DNA of 64,000 nucleotides from a bacterium (GCA_043822925.1 JBDRBF010000041.1:4957-68956), one strand, 5' to 3'; positions 33,313 to 45,132 are shown, numbered from the stretch's first letter. Program-made: numbers and translations. Notes: a model not told the origin generated them from the sequence alone.

Positions 33313-36300
33313 CTATTTATCTAGAGATATGCTATCTAAGCCTATCTCTAGCTCTTCTTCTTCTCGAGCTCTTTTTTCAAAATCCGAAAGCTCTTCGCCT
33401 ATGTATTTCAATCTAAAAGCTTCAACTCCAGTCCCAGCAGGAATCAGTTTACCAATAACTACGTTTTCTTTCAACCCATAAAGACAATCAACTTGACCAA
33501 CTAAAGAAGCCTCAGTTAAAACTCTTGTTGTCTCTTGGAAAGACGCAGCAGAAATAAAGCTTTCTGTTCCAAGCGAAGCTTTAGTTATGCCCATCAATAT
33601 AGGTTTCGCAACTGCAACTTTCTTACCTGCTTTAACCATAAGCCTATTAACAACTTGTAGATGATTTTTATCTACACGATCTCCAACAACAAACGTTGTA
33701 TCTCCAGGCTCGGTTACACGAACTTTTCTTAACATTTGTTTTACGATTACTTCAATATGCTTATCGTTAATTTCAACACCTTGCAAAGTATAAATTTCCT
33801 GAATTTCTTTTACAAGATATTGTTGAGCTTCATTTGGACCAAGAATCCGCAAAATATCATGAACATTAGGAACACCAGAACTCAAAGCTTCTCCAGCCTT
33901 TACAAATTCGCCGTCCTCTATGTTCAAATGTCTACTACGAGGAACGCTGTATTCAAACACTTCATTCGTCTCAGTTGTAACACTGATACGTCTTTGTCCT
34001 CGATGTAAACCGCCAAATTTTACCTGACCATCAACATCACTGATAATAGCCGTATCTTTAGGAATTCGAGCTTCAAAGAGTTCTGCAACTCGAGGAAGAC
34101 CTCCGGTAATATCTTTCGTTTTCTTTTCTTTTCTAGGTAACTTTGCAAGAACATCACCCGGCTTTACGCTATCACCATCATGAACAGTAAGAATAGCTTC
34201 TGTAGGCAAGAAATAACGACCTTCTTCTTCACCATATTCATTGACAACAGCGATACAAGGCTGCCTCTTTTCTTCTCTTCTTTCAAGAATCACTTTACTT
34301 GTTTGTTTTGTAGCTTCATCAAAGTGATCTTGATACGTAACATTCTCAACTAAATCTATAAAGCGCACTGTTCCAATTTTTTCTGTAACAATAACTTTAT
34401 ACGGTTCCCATTCAGCAAGCTTTTGTTTCGCTTTTATTTTTGTATTATTCTCAACAAGAATCACAGCTCCATACTCAAGACGAAACTCTTCAAGTTCTCT
34501 ACCATCATCAGAGATAATAACGAGGCTTGATTTTCTGTTCATAACTGTCCAAAAATTATCTCTATTTTTTACAGCACGAACATCTCTGTAGACAAGCGTA
34601 CCTGTCGATTTTGACAAATAAAACGGTTCTTCAACCAAACCACTAGCCGTACCACCAATATGGAAAGTTCTCATAGTAAGCTGCGTACCTGGTTCACCAA
34701 TCGATTGTGCAGCAATAATACCGACAGCGGCTCCTTTATCAACAGATTTTTGTGTCGACAAATCCATACCATAACACATAGCACACACACCACGTTTTGC
34801 CTGACACGTAAGAACAGAACGAATATTCACATGTGTAACAGCAGAATCACTAATTTGCTCTATAAGAGCATCTGTTAGCAATTGACCTTGTTGTACTATT
34901 AATTTACCCGTTATTGGATCCTTAAGATCCTCTGCAACAACTCTACCATAAATTCGTTTTGCTAATGATTCAATAACCGCACCCGATTCAGAAATATCGC
35001 TGACCGTGATATAACCAAGAGTATTACAATCCATTTGAGTAATAACAACATCCTGTGCTACATCAACAAGTCTTCTTGTTAAATATCCAGAATCTGCGGT
35101 TTTAAGTGCTGTATCTGCTAACCCTTTTCGAGCTCCGTGAGTTGAAATAAAATATTCAAAACAACTGAGACCTTCTTTAAAGTTTGCAAGAATTGGCGTT
35201 TCCATAATTTCACCGGACGGTTTTGCCATCAAACCTCTCATTCCAGCAAGCTGTCTAATCTGTTGATGAGATCCTTTTGCTCCGGAAGCCAACATCATAA
35301 ATACTGAATTAAACGGAAGATTTAGCTTATCTTCATTAAGATATGCATCATTATCAGACTTCTCAAGCACTGACATCATTTCGGCAGCAACCTCTTCCGT
35401 TGCACGCGCCCAAATCTGAACAATCTTATTATATCGTTCACCGTTGGTGATAACACCATCCATGTACAATTTTTCTGCTTGAGTAACTTCTTTTTTACAT
35501 TTCTTTAAGATATTTTCTTTTGTTTCAGGAATAATCAAATTATCAATAGAAAGAGAAATACCACCAGTTGTTGCATTAGAAAAACCAAGATATTTAATCT
35601 TGTCGAGAGTTATTACCGTCTCTTCTGCGCCAAACTTTTTATAAATTGTATAAATAAGCTTAACCAAATCTTTCTTTTTTACTGCTTTATTAATCCAACT
35701 AACATCAGAACCTTTTGGCAAAGCTTCAAATAAAAGCATTCGACCAACAGTTGTTTCAACAATTTCCTGCACAGACAACCGCACTGAAATTGGAGCCTGA
35801 ATATTTACCGCACCTCTTTGATACGCAAAAATAACTTCTTCTATTCCAGAAAACTTAAGACCTTCTCCCTTAACATTTTTTCGAGCTTTTGTCATATAAT
35901 AAAGCCCCAAAATCATGTCTTGAGATGGGACCGCAAGCGGTCTACCACTTGAAGGAGATAAAATATTCTTGACTGACAACATAAGATTTCTTGCTTCAGT
36001 CTGAGCTTTTTTACTTAACAATAAATGAACCGCCATTTGATCACCGTCAAAATCTGCGTTAAAAGCGGCGCAAACAAGAGGATGAATCTTAATAGCTTTA
36101 CCTTCTACCAATATTGGGAAGAAAGCTTGAATACCTAAGCGATGCAATGTTGGTGCACGATTCAACAAAATAGGTCTATCTTTAACTATTTCTTCAAGCG
36201 CTGCCCATACTTCTGGAGACATTTCTTCTACCATGCGTTTGGCAACACGTAAATTACTTGCGCATTCTGTACGCTGAAGTTCGACATACACATATGGTTT

Positions 36301-37428
36301 AAAAAGCTCAAGAGCCATTAATTTAGGCAAACCACATTGGTGCATCTTTAATTCAGGGTCAACAACAATAACTGATCGACCTGAATAATCAACGCGTTTA
36401 CCAAGCAAGTTTTGTCTAAATCGTCCCTGTTTTCCACGAAGCATCTCACTCAATGATTTTAGCGGACGACGATTTGAACCTCTAACAGGTTGACCTCTAC
36501 GACCATTATCAATAAGAGCATCAACGGCTTCTTGAAGCATTCGCTTTTCATTTTTTATAATAACACTTGGAGCTTCAAGTTCTATAAGTCTGCGTAATCG
36601 TATATTTCTATTCAGAACACGTCTATAAAGATCGTTTAAATCTGAGCTTGCAAACCGACCACCCTCAAGTGGAACAAGTGGACGTAAATCCGGTGGAATC
36701 ACCGGCAATTCTTCCATAATGATCCATTCTGGTCGAATATTTGCATGCACTAAACCTGCAAGAACTTTATAACGTTTTATCAAGCGATGCTTAACCGCCG
36801 CAGATGCCGTTTTCTTATATTCTTCTTCTATTCTTCGCACTTCAAAGTTTAGATCCATAGCTGAAAGAAGCGTGCGAATAGCTTCGGCACCCATTCCAGC
36901 CTGAAACGTTATATCTTCTTCGCTCGCCTTATTATATTCTTCATATTCTCGACTTCCAAGTAACGTCTTAACTGGATATGGCGAATGTCCCTGATTTAAA
37001 ACAATATAACTATCAAAATAAATTACACGTTCCAAATCACGAACAGTCATACCCAAGATCAAACTCAAATAACTTGGAATGCCCTTCAAAAACCAAATAT
37101 GACACACCGGTGAAACAAGATTAATGTGTCCCATACGTTCACGACGAACACGCGCTTGAATTACTTCAACACCACATTTTTCGCAGGTAACGCCACGATG
37201 TTTCATGCGTTTATATTTACCGCAATTACATTCCCAATCTTTAATAGGTCCAAAAATACGCGCACAAAAAAGACCATCACGTTCCGGCTTTAATGTGCGA
37301 TAATTTATAGTCTCTATCTTTTTTACTTCGCCATAGGAAAGAGATTTGATTTTTTCAGGAGATGCGATACTTACTCGCATCGCATTAAACTGAGAAGTGT
37401 TGATGTATTCTCGAAATCTCTCTAGCAT
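33313..37428 (-). CDS. rpoC: RNA polymerase beta' subunit
   Basis: Zn ribbon [23 protein letters not shown] and catalytic [12 protein letters not shown]. The start is set at MLERFREY (ATG at 37428, 4 nt after the rpoB stop) rather than the 19-codon longer ORF. Confidence 0.97.
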   Translation of the reverse strand: MLERFREYINTSQFNAMRVSIASPEKIKSLSYGEVKKIETINYRTLKPERDGLFCARIFGPIKDWECNCGKYKRMKHRGVTCEKCGVEVIQARVRRERMGHINLVSPVCHIWFLKGIPSYLSLILGMTVRDLERVIYFDSYIVLNQGHSPYPVKTLLGSREYEEYNKASEEDITFQAGMGAEAIRTLLSAMDLNFEVRRIEEEYKKTASAAVKHRLIKRYKVLAGLVHANIRPEWIIMEELPVIPPDLRPLVPLEGGRFASSDLNDLYRRVLNRNIRLRRLIELEAPSVIIKNEKRMLQEAVDALIDNGRRGQPVRGSNRRPLKSLSEMLRGKQGRFRQNLLGKRVDYSGRSVIVVDPELKMHQCGLPKLMALELFKPYVYVELQRTECASNLRVAKRMVEEMSPEVWAALEEIVKDRPILLNRAPTLHRLGIQAFFPILVEGKAIKIHPLVCAAFNADFDGDQMAVHLLLSKKAQTEARNLMLSVKNILSPSSGRPLAVPSQDMILGLYYMTKARKNVKGEGLKFSGIEEVIFAYQRGAVNIQAPISVRLSVQEIVETTVGRMLLFEALPKGSDVSWINKAVKKKDLVKLIYTIYKKFGAEETVITLDKIKYLGFSNATTGGISLSIDNLIIPETKENILKKCKKEVTQAEKLYMDGVITNGERYNKIVQIWARATEEVAAEMMSVLEKSDNDAYLNEDKLNLPFNSVFMMLASGAKGSHQQIRQLAGMRGLMAKPSGEIMETPILANFKEGLSCFEYFISTHGARKGLADTALKTADSGYLTRRLVDVAQDVVITQMDCNTLGYITVSDISESGAVIESLAKRIYGRVVAEDLKDPITGKLIVQQGQLLTDALIEQISDSAVTHVNIRSVLTCQAKRGVCAMCYGMDLSTQKSVDKGAAVGIIAAQSIGEPGTQLTMRTFHIGGTASGLVEEPFYLSKSTGTLVYRDVRAVKNRDNFWTVMNRKSSLVIISDDGRELEEFRLEYGAVILVENNTKIKAKQKLAEWEPYKVIVTEKIGTVRFIDLVENVTYQDHFDEATKQTSKVILERREEKRQPCIAVVNEYGEEEGRYFLPTEAILTVHDGDSVKPGDVLAKLPRKEKKTKDITGGLPRVAELFEARIPKDTAIISDVDGQVKFGGLHRGQRRISVTTETNEVFEYSVPRSRHLNIEDGEFVKAGEALSSGVPNVHDILRILGPNEAQQYLVKEIQEIYTLQGVEINDKHIEVIVKQMLRKVRVTEPGDTTFVVGDRVDKNHLQVVNRLMVKAGKKVAVAKPILMGITKASLGTESFISAASFQETTRVLTEASLVGQVDCLYGLKENVVIGKLIPAGTGVEAFRLKYIGEELSDFEKRAREEEELEIGLDSISLDK

Positions 37429-37432
37429 TCTG

Positions 37433-40400
37433 TTATTCACCAACCTGCTCCTTACTTGTCTTAAATAAATCAACTTGCAAACCAAGACTCTGAAGCTCTT
37501 TTACCAATACGTTAAACGATTCTGGTATTCCTGGCTCAGGGACCTCGTCGCCTCGAACTATCGCTTCATACGCTTTAATTCGACCGTTCACATCATCAGA
37601 CTTGACTGTTAACATTTCTTGTAAAGTATAAGCAGCTCCATATGCATACAGTGCCCACACTTCCATTTCTCCAAGTCTTTGTCCACCGAACTGCGCTTTA
37701 CCACCGAGCGGTTGTTGTGTAATTAAAGAATACGGCCCAACAGAACGAGCATGAAGTTTATCATCAGCTAAGTGATTCAATTTCATCATATAAATATAAC
37801 CAACAGTTACCGGTTGATCGAGTTCTTCTCCCGTCATGCCGTTATAAAGCGTGAACGTTCCATTAATTGGTAACCCAGCTTTTTTCAACATTGGTTGTAC
37901 ATCATCTTGATAATTTGCGCCTTCAAAAACTGGACTCTTTACAAATATCCCTTTTTTAGCCGTTTTCTGCGCAATATCATTAAGCGTTTCTTTTCCATAC
38001 GTTTTTTCAATATTATCGACGACTTCTTTGCCGTAATAATCACACAAATGTGCTTTTATTTCTTTATCAGAGAGATCATTAAGCTGTTTAGCAAAATCAG
38101 CACTAATCTTCTTACTTGCCATTCCTAACATTGTTTCTAATATCTGTCCTAAGTTCATACGAGCTGGCACACCAACAGGATTAAGAACTATATCAACAGC
38201 CGTTCCATCTTCAAGATATGGCATATCTTCAATGTTTACGATGCGAGAAACCACACCTTTATTACCATGTCGTCCAGCCATTTTATCACCAACAGATAAA
38301 TGTCTCTTCTTGGCAACATAAACTTTAACCATCTTAATAACACCGGACGGCAAATCATCGCCTTTTCTTAAGCGATTAATCTTCTCTTCTTTAAGAGCTT
38401 TTAGAATTAAAAACTGATTCGACAGCATTTCTTTATATTGTTTAATCTTTGCTGTAACATCTCTGTCTTTTGTTTCTATTTCAAGCAATTCATTAATTTC
38501 TGTATTCTTAAGCAACTCTTTTGAAAACTTATCTTTATTTAAAAATTTCTTATATGTTGCAACATCTTTTGGGGTCTGGTTATGGAGAAGCTCAAGCGTG
38601 CTGCTCTTTATTCTCTCATGTATAACATCTACCTGATAAGAAAAGTTTTCTTCAATTTTCTTTGTTTCTATTTGTACGACTTCTTTATATCGCTTGTCTT
38701 TTCGAATACCACTACGTGAAAATACTTTAACGTCGATAACAGTTGCTTCTACTCCAGGCGGTACTCTCAAAGATGTATCTCGCACTTCACGAGATTTTTC
38801 TCCAAATATAGCCCTTAATAATTTTTCTTCAGGTGAAACTTGAACGTCTCCCTTAAGAGTAACTTTACCAACTAAAATATCCCCAGGCTTTACACGCGTG
38901 CCTATTTTGACTATTCCATCATCATCAAGAGCTTCTAAGCTTTTTTCTGACACATTAGGAATATCACGCGTTATTTCTTCAGCTCCAAGTTTTGTATCTC
39001 GAGCTTCAACTACAAATTCTTCGACGTGAATAGAGGTAAAAACATCCTCAGAAACAAGACGCTTGCTTACAACAATAGCGTCCTCGAAGTTGTATCCATT
39101 CCATGGCATAAACGCAACCACGATATTGCTTCCCAACGCAAGCTCGCCATTTGTAGTAGCAGGACCGTCAGTAAGAACATCGCCTTTTTTAACCGTCTCA
39201 CCAACCTTGACAATAGGTCTATGATGAACCCATGTGTTATGACTTGATCGACCAAATTTCTTTAATTCATAAATATCGACAGCCCCAAGTAACCAATCTC
39301 TTTCCGTCAACTCTTGTGATCCAGGTCTTTCAACCCTAACAACAACTTTTTCTGCTGACACATAAATTACAGTTCCCGGGTTTTTGGCGATAAGCACAAC
39401 GCCTTCAGATCGACCAAGTTCTTTTTCCATACCAGTTCCAACGAGAGGAACCTCACACTTAACCAAAGGAACAGCTTGACGCTGCATGTTTGAACCCATA
39501 AGAGCTCGATTAGCATCGTCGTTTTCCAAGAATGGAATAAGTGAAGTCGGAACAGAAAACAATTGCCTTGGAGAAGCATCAACATAATTAACTTCTTCTG
39601 CTTCAACAAGAATATAATCACCATCTTTTCTAATCAAAACTCTTGGCTGCTCAAATCTATTTTTCGAATCTAATACTTCTGTTGATTGGGCAATTTTCTC
39701 ACCAATTTCTTCAAATGCATCCAAATACACAGTTTCTTCTTGAACAACACCATTTTTTACTTTTCTATACGGCGTTTCTATAAATCCAAGCTCATTAACA
39801 CGTGCATACGTTGCAAGCGAAGAAATAAGACCAATATTTTGACCTTCAGGAGTTTCGATTGGACAAATTCGTCCATAATGAGAAGCATGTACGTCTCGCA
39901 CTTCAAATGTCGCACGCTCTCGCGTAATACCGCCAGGTCCAAGAGCCGATAAACGTCTCTTGTGTGCCATCTCAGCAAGTGGGTTCGTTTGATCCATAAA
40001 TTGAGAAAGTTGGCCTGTTCCAAAGAACTCTCTTAACACAGCAGCCAGTGGCTTTACATTAAGAAAATCATATGGCATAAGAGCAGCTGAATTTTCTTGT
40101 AGTCTAAATCTTTCTTTAACAATTCGCTCTATACGCGCAAACCCAACATATAATTGACTTTGCAATAACTCACCAACTAATCGAATGCAACGGTTTCCCA
40201 AATGATCAATATCATCCAAAACGCCTTCGCCTCGTTCTTTCAATCCTATAAGATACTTGAGTGTCGCAACAATATCTTCTTTAGTTAAATGCGTAATAGA
40301 TTCATCAATCTTTAGACCCAGTTTTCTGTTCGTTCTAATACGTCCGACAATCGTTAAATCATAAAATCTAGGATTAAAAAACAAATTATTAATATACTCA

Positions 40401-41773
40401 ACCATGACCTTAGTATTTGGAATATCACCAGGCTTTAATTTACTAAAGACATCTTTAAGAGCTTCTTCATAAGAAGAAGTTTGATCATGAGCAAATGTTA
40501 ATGCCATACTTGGCTGTAAAAGATACCCTGATGATTTCACCAAATATATCGTGCAATCATCAAGACTAGCTATAACATCAATAATTTCTTCTGTGAGAAT
40601 CATTCCCTGACTAACAAGAACTTCTCCCGTTGAGGGATCGATAACATCTTGTGCAAGAATTTTACTGTTTAAACTATTTGTTCGAACCAAAAGAGTCTCA
40701 ACACCTTCTTTACGCATTTTCTCTACATCGGCTTTTGTAATACGCTTACCGATAGTAAATTTATCTTCAATATCTTTTGGCAACGAACCTATTTCTAAAC
40801 GTTGATCAACCAAATCTGAATCAACTTTTTTATAAAATATATTTTTTTTAAGATCTACTTTTTCAAAATCATAAAACGTAGACAAAATTGATTTTCTATC
40901 AATACCTATTGCTTGTAAAAAAGTAGAAACAAGAATTTTTTTCTTTTTATCTATTCTAACATATAAAAGATCATTATGATCATATTCAAAATCTACCCAC
41001 GAGCCCCTACTTGGAATAATTCGAGCAATGTGATAAGGATAACCTCGAAAATCTTTTATTTTTTTACTTAACGAGAACATGACGCCCGGAGCTCTATGAA
41101 TTTGACTAACAACAACACGGTCTACGCCATTAATAAGAAACGTACCCTGATTTCCAAGATTAAAAACATCTTCCGAATCTTCATACAAGTCAACCATGAC
41201 AGGAAAATCACAAAAGAACACATCTTGCTCTTTTATATCACGAACAACTTTTTTTGCAGTTTCTGGATCAACATCCCAACTCACCAATTGCATTTTAACT
41301 TTTAACGGCATAGAAAACGTTTTGCCACTAAATCTGCTTTCGGTAACAGTTAGATCTGTCTTAATAGAAACACGAGAAAAACATTTTTTACAATGAATAT
41401 AACTCGCTGTAGACTTTTTACATTCTGGACACTTTGAATCTTTTAGTTTACTGCATCCACCCTTTTTGCACGAAGAGCATGTCCATTTATAACGATTTTC
41501 AATCCCTGTAAGCACGCCACAAACGCATGCCCAATTACCAAGTTCATAACTAACGTATTCTAATGATATACGATCATTGTGTTCAATAGGAAAAGTATCA
41601 TGTAATACTTTTTCTAATCCCATATTTTTACGTTCAGACGGAAGACAGTCCAACTGTACAAAGTTATTAAACGACTTCGACTGAACTTCTATAAGATTGG
41701 GCAATGAGACAGCCTCATTGATTTTACCAAATGACTTCCTTAAAGAACCCTCACCTCTGCCAAATTGAGACAT
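37433..41773 (-). CDS. rpoB: RNA polymerase beta subunit carrying a Cys-rich N-terminal insertion
   Basis: Motifs GTFLINGVDRVVVSQIHRAPGV, GDKMAGRHGNKGVVS and GGQRLGEMEVWAL. 1446 aa. Confidence 0.97.
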   Translation of the reverse strand: MSQFGRGEGSLRKSFGKINEAVSLPNLIEVQSKSFNNFVQLDCLPSERKNMGLEKVLHDTFPIEHNDRISLEYVSYELGNWACVCGVLTGIENRYKWTCSSCKKGGCSKLKDSKCPECKKSTASYIHCKKCFSRVSIKTDLTVTESRFSGKTFSMPLKVKMQLVSWDVDPETAKKVVRDIKEQDVFFCDFPVMVDLYEDSEDVFNLGNQGTFLINGVDRVVVSQIHRAPGVMFSLSKKIKDFRGYPYHIARIIPSRGSWVDFEYDHNDLLYVRIDKKKKILVSTFLQAIGIDRKSILSTFYDFEKVDLKKNIFYKKVDSDLVDQRLEIGSLPKDIEDKFTIGKRITKADVEKMRKEGVETLLVRTNSLNSKILAQDVIDPSTGEVLVSQGMILTEEIIDVIASLDDCTIYLVKSSGYLLQPSMALTFAHDQTSSYEEALKDVFSKLKPGDIPNTKVMVEYINNLFFNPRFYDLTIVGRIRTNRKLGLKIDESITHLTKEDIVATLKYLIGLKERGEGVLDDIDHLGNRCIRLVGELLQSQLYVGFARIERIVKERFRLQENSAALMPYDFLNVKPLAAVLREFFGTGQLSQFMDQTNPLAEMAHKRRLSALGPGGITRERATFEVRDVHASHYGRICPIETPEGQNIGLISSLATYARVNELGFIETPYRKVKNGVVQEETVYLDAFEEIGEKIAQSTEVLDSKNRFEQPRVLIRKDGDYILVEAEEVNYVDASPRQLFSVPTSLIPFLENDDANRALMGSNMQRQAVPLVKCEVPLVGTGMEKELGRSEGVVLIAKNPGTVIYVSAEKVVVRVERPGSQELTERDWLLGAVDIYELKKFGRSSHNTWVHHRPIVKVGETVKKGDVLTDGPATTNGELALGSNIVVAFMPWNGYNFEDAIVVSKRLVSEDVFTSIHVEEFVVEARDTKLGAEEITRDIPNVSEKSLEALDDDGIVKIGTRVKPGDILVGKVTLKGDVQVSPEEKLLRAIFGEKSREVRDTSLRVPPGVEATVIDVKVFSRSGIRKDKRYKEVVQIETKKIEENFSYQVDVIHERIKSSTLELLHNQTPKDVATYKKFLNKDKFSKELLKNTEINELLEIETKDRDVTAKIKQYKEMLSNQFLILKALKEEKINRLRKGDDLPSGVIKMVKVYVAKKRHLSVGDKMAGRHGNKGVVSRIVNIEDMPYLEDGTAVDIVLNPVGVPARMNLGQILETMLGMASKKISADFAKQLNDLSDKEIKAHLCDYYGKEVVDNIEKTYGKETLNDIAQKTAKKGIFVKSPVFEGANYQDDVQPMLKKAGLPINGTFTLYNGMTGEELDQPVTVGYIYMMKLNHLADDKLHARSVGPYSLITQQPLGGKAQFGGQRLGEMEVWALYAYGAAYTLQEMLTVKSDDVNGRIKAYEAIVRGDEVPEPGIPESFNVLVKELQSLGLQVDLFKTSKEQVGE

Positions 41774-41830
41774 CCACTCGCTCCTAACCAGTAATTGCCC
41801 AACACATTACTAAAAACAAATTCACATGAT

Positions 41831-41881
41831 AAAAGAGTCCCATTTTAAAAACTCAATTATAAGTTTTTAAAATGGGGACTC
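41831..41881 (-). terminator. rplL-rpoB intergenic hairpin with U-tract (attenuator/terminator)
   Basis: On the minus strand, GAGTCCCCATTTTAAAAACT-tataattg-AGTTTTTAAAATGGGACTC is followed by TTTTAT. It sits at the position of the known rplL-rpoB attenuator. Confidence 0.65.
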
Positions 41882-41915
41882 AAAAACGAATCACTCTTAC
41901 AAAATTGAATTATGC

Positions 41916-42287
41916 TTAAGATAACTCAACTTTTGCACCAGACTCTTCCAAAGCTTTCTTTATTTTTTCAGCTTCTTCTTTAGTTGTTGATTCACTAATA
42001 ACGAAAGGTGTATTTTCTACAGCTTTCTTTGCATCACCAAGATTCAAAGTCGTTACTGAACGCAACGCTTTAATAACCTTTATTTTTTCGCCAGGTGCAT
42101 CCTTAAGAGTCACAGTATATGAACTCTTTTCTTCTTGCTCAGCAGGAGCAGCAGCAGCTGTTGCAGCTGCAACAGGAGCAGCAGCAGCCATATCAGGAAT
42201 ATTAAAGGTTTCTTTAAGTTCTTTAATAAGTCCTGCAAGTTCCATTACGGACATTTTACCTATTTCTTCTACGAATTTTGATGACAT
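41916..42287 (-). CDS. rplL: 50S ribosomal protein L7/L12
   Basis: Ala-rich hinge AAAPVAAATAAAAPA, and C-domain KIKVIKALRSVTTLNLGDAKKAVE...EEAEKIKKALEESGAKVEL. Confidence 0.95.
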   Translation of the reverse strand: MSSKFVEEIGKMSVMELAGLIKELKETFNIPDMAAAAPVAAATAAAAPAEQEEKSSYTVTLKDAPGEKIKVIKALRSVTTLNLGDAKKAVENTPFVISESTTKEEAEKIKKALEESGAKVELS

Positions 42288-42332
42288 AATAGTAACTCCT
42301 TAAAGTATAATAAAATCAGTTTTAAATAATAA

Positions 42333-42866
42333 CTATTCGCTTTTTTGGTTGCTAATTTGTTCTAAAGAATAAACAAATTGGGTCAACAAAGCTTGCAAAG
42401 AGTGCGTAAGGTGCATTGTTGGTCCGCGCATAGCAAGTAAGAGCATAGCCAACAAAACATCTCTGGACGGAAGAGAAGCCAAAGCAACTACATCTTCCTT
42501 TGTCATCACTCTTGATTCAAACAAAGCAGATAAAACCCGTAAATTTTCAGTTTCTTTTGAAAAATTTACAAGTTTTTTCGCAAGAGAAGATACATCACCA
42601 TTAGCGAAAACTACTCCGACTTGATTTTTAAAGTGCTCTTGAAAAGCATCAACGCCACCAACTTCCTGAGCAACGTTTTGCGCTGCTTTTTTCATAAGTC
42701 GGGCCTTCATCACTCTAAAAACGCCGTCAACATCTCGCAATTGCTTTCTAAAGTCTCGCGTCAAAGGAACATTAAGACCTTTGTAATCCACCAAAAAAGC
42801 CGCTTTTGACTGTACAAACAATTCTCCAAAATCAGAGACAACTTTTTCTTTTTCTTGACGATTCAT
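42333..42866 (-). CDS. rplJ: 50S ribosomal protein L10
   Basis: 177 aa with the N-terminal motif EKEKVVSDFGELFVQSKAAFLVDYKGLNV. Lies between rplA and rplL. Confidence 0.9.
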   Translation of the reverse strand: MNRQEKEKVVSDFGELFVQSKAAFLVDYKGLNVPLTRDFRKQLRDVDGVFRVMKARLMKKAAQNVAQEVGGVDAFQEHFKNQVGVVFANGDVSSLAKKLVNFSKETENLRVLSALFESRVMTKEDVVALASLPSRDVLLAMLLLAMRGPTMHLTHSLQALLTQFVYSLEQISNQKSE

Positions 42867-42887
42867 TTTTTCAATACCTCTTGAAAG

Positions 42888-43580
42888 TTATATCATCTCG
42901 TCAGGTACTATTGATACACCAACCCCCATGGAAGATGAAATAGTAATTTTTCTAATAAATCTACCCTTAGAAGATGCAGGCTTACTTGACTGAATTGCTC
43001 GAATGAGAGCCTGATAATTGTCCAACAACTTTTCAATTCCAAATGAAACTTTTCCAAATGGCGCGTGAAGCACTCCTCCCTTATCATTTCGGAAGGAAAC
43101 ACGCCCTTTTTTCAAGTCAGATACAATACTTGCAACATCAAATGTAACTGTTCCAAGCTTTTTATTTGGAAGCAAACCTCGGGGCCCAAGAATTTTAGCA
43201 ACTTTTCCAACAAGCCCCATCATATCAGGAGTTGCTACAGCTACATCAAAATCCATCCAACCAGCAAGTATCTTATCTATGAGATCGTCAGATCCAACAA
43301 AATCAGCACCTGCCGCTTTTGCTTCATCTTCATATGTGCCTTTTGTAAAGACAAGAACTTTGAGCTTTTTGCCTGTTCCATGCGGCAAAAGAACAGAACC
43401 TCTCACGGTTTGCTCGCCTTTTAATGGATCTATACCAAGAACAATACTTACATCAACTGTTTCATCAAATTTTACATGAGCATTGCTTACAGAAAACTGT
43501 AAAGCCTCCCGTGCATTAGTAATCTTAATAGACGCCAATTTTTCTTTGGCATCTGCGTGCTTTTTACCTGCCTTGCTCAT
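42888..43580 (-). CDS. rplA: 50S ribosomal protein L1
   Basis: Motifs FDETVDVSIVLGIDPLKGEQTVRGSVLLPHGTGK and GPRGLLPNKKLGTVT. Confidence 0.95.
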   Translation of the reverse strand: MSKAGKKHADAKEKLASIKITNAREALQFSVSNAHVKFDETVDVSIVLGIDPLKGEQTVRGSVLLPHGTGKKLKVLVFTKGTYEDEAKAAGADFVGSDDLIDKILAGWMDFDVAVATPDMMGLVGKVAKILGPRGLLPNKKLGTVTFDVASIVSDLKKGRVSFRNDKGGVLHAPFGKVSFGIEKLLDNYQALIRAIQSSKPASSKGRFIRKITISSSMGVGVSIVPDEMI

Positions 43581-43628
43581 AAGAAAGCCCTATCTCAAAA
43601 TTAACATCGTTACTTATTATCAACAACC

Positions 43629-44063
43629 TTAATCAACAACCGCAAGGCCCATGCTCTTAGCACTACCTGCTATACTTTTTTTTGCAGCATCTAAATCAAA
43701 CGCATTCAAATCTGGCAATTTTATCTTTGCGATTTCTTCTACGTCTCTCATCGAAATTGTACCAACTTGTTGTTTTCCAGGCGTACTCGCCCCTTTGGTT
43801 ATTTTCGCTCTTTTAAAAATGAGCTCAGAAACAGGAGGAGTTTTTGTAATAAAATCAAATGTCTTATCTACATAAACCGTAATCTGTACGGGAACCGTTT
43901 CTCCCTTACGGCTCGCAGTCAAGGCATTAAATTTCTTACAAAAATCCATTATGTTCGCACCATGCTGACCCAAAGACGATCCAACAGGAGGGGCAGGAGT
44001 AGCTCCACCAGCCGGAATCTGAAGCTTAAGATTAGCTTTTATTTTTTTGCCATAATCAATCAC
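43629..44063 (-). CDS. rplK: 50S ribosomal protein L11
   Basis: Motif [33 protein letters not shown]. Confidence 0.95.
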   Translation of the reverse strand: MIDYGKKIKANLKLQIPAGGATPAPPVGSSLGQHGANIMDFCKKFNALTASRKGETVPVQITVYVDKTFDFITKTPPVSELIFKRAKITKGASTPGKQQVGTISMRDVEEIAKIKLPDLNAFDLDAAKKSIAGSAKSMGLAVVD

Positions 44064-44086
44064 CTAACATCGTTTACGCGATAACT

Positions 44087-44605
44087 TTACTTTTTAATTT
44101 GATCGAAACCAAGCTCGACGGGAGTAAGCCTTCCGAAGATACTGACCAAAACAGTTAAACGCTCTTTATCTTCATCAACCTTATCCACAATTCCAACAAA
44201 ACCCGAAAAAGGACCACTGTTGATGTGCACTTCGCTCCCAACTGAAAAAACTTCTTTTTCGCTCGCCAGAGCCAACTTGCCTTCCATTTGGGAGAAAATT
44301 CTGTCAACTTCTTTATCAGAAAGGGGAACTGGACTTTCACCCCCTAAAAAACGCGTCACTCGCGGAGTTGATAAAACTATTCTAAAAGCCTCAGGAGCTG
44401 ATTCCAGATTAACAAGTAGATACCCAGGAAAAATCTTCTCTTTCTTTGTCCCTGTGTCAGAGAAAAAAGAAGCCATTTCACCTTCTGGGATTAATATATC
44501 TCCGATAAGGTCTTCAGCGTTCTCTTCTTGAGCCCGCATCTTTAAATCGTTCTTTACGAACTCTTCAAACCCTGTGTATACCTGTACTACATACCAACGC
44601 TTCAT
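44087..44605 (-). CDS. nusG: Transcription termination/antitermination factor NusG
   Basis: N-terminal KRWYVVQVYTGFEEFV and KOW motif GSEVHINSGPFSGFVGIVDKVD. secE-nusG-rplK synteny. Confidence 0.93.
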   Translation of the reverse strand: MKRWYVVQVYTGFEEFVKNDLKMRAQEENAEDLIGDILIPEGEMASFFSDTGTKKEKIFPGYLLVNLESAPEAFRIVLSTPRVTRFLGGESPVPLSDKEVDRIFSQMEGKLALASEKEVFSVGSEVHINSGPFSGFVGIVDKVDEDKERLTVLVSIFGRLTPVELGFDQIKK

Positions 44606-44671
44606 TCTGACCTACAAACTCTGCGACTAACGAGTCACCTATCTGATACAACTTACTTATTTTAATAACGC

Positions 44672-44854
44672 TTAAAGAATAAAATGTCTTATAACATAGT
44701 TAAAAATAAAATCCATAGATCCAAGAATAAATGAAAAAATCAGTGTTACTATGCATACTATTATCGTTGACCCGACTAATTCATCACGGCTAGGCCATGT
44801 AATTCTCTTAATTTCATTTTTAACTTCGTTAACAAACGTTATAACTTTATTCAT
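44672..44854 (-). CDS. secE: Preprotein translocase subunit SecE
   Basis: 60 aa with VKNEIKRITWPSRDELVGSTIIV followed by a single TM helix. Synteny. Confidence 0.85.
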   Translation of the reverse strand: MNKVITFVNEVKNEIKRITWPSRDELVGSTIIVCIVTLIFSFILGSMDFIFNYVIRHFIL

Positions 44855-44879
44855 CCTTTACAACCCTCGGTCGATTTTG

Positions 44880-44955
44880 TGGCAGGCCAGGAGGGACTCG
44901 AACCCCCAACACGCGGATTTGGAGTCCGCTGCTCTACCATTGGAGCTACTGACCT
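44880..44955 (-). tRNA. tRNA-Trp (CCA)
   Basis: Cloverleaf AGGTCAG/TA/GCTC..GAGC/A/GCGGA-CTCCAAA-TCCGC/.../CTGGCCT/G/CCA. Confidence 0.9.
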
Positions 44956-44973
44956 TCAAAACAACTCTCAAAC

Positions 44974-45132
44974 CTACTTCGTCTCTTTGTGCGCAGAATG
45001 CTTTCTGCAACCAGCACAAAACTTCTGCAGCTCCAGTTTCCCGAAAGCTCTCTTCTTAGAAACTTTTTTGCTGTAGTTTCTAATCTTACAAATCCCACAT
45101 TCAAGATGAACTATCGTTCTATTTTTTGCCAT
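44974..45132 (-). CDS. rpmG: 50S ribosomal protein L33
   Basis: MAKNRTIVHLECGICKIRNYSKKVSKKRAFGKLELQKFCAGCRKHSAHKETK. The start is taken at MAKNR, not at the longer ORF. Confidence 0.9.
   Translation of the reverse strand: MAKNRTIVHLECGICKIRNYSKKVSKKRAFGKLELQKFCAGCRKHSAHKETK

Noticed and set aside
44751-45076. Plus-strand ORFs (102 and 65 aa) spanning the secE/tRNA-Trp/rpmG region, and a 60-aa ORF at 45423-45605 across two tRNAs.
   Set aside because: They run antisense through hand-folded tRNAs and conserved small ribosomal and translocase genes. They are artefacts.
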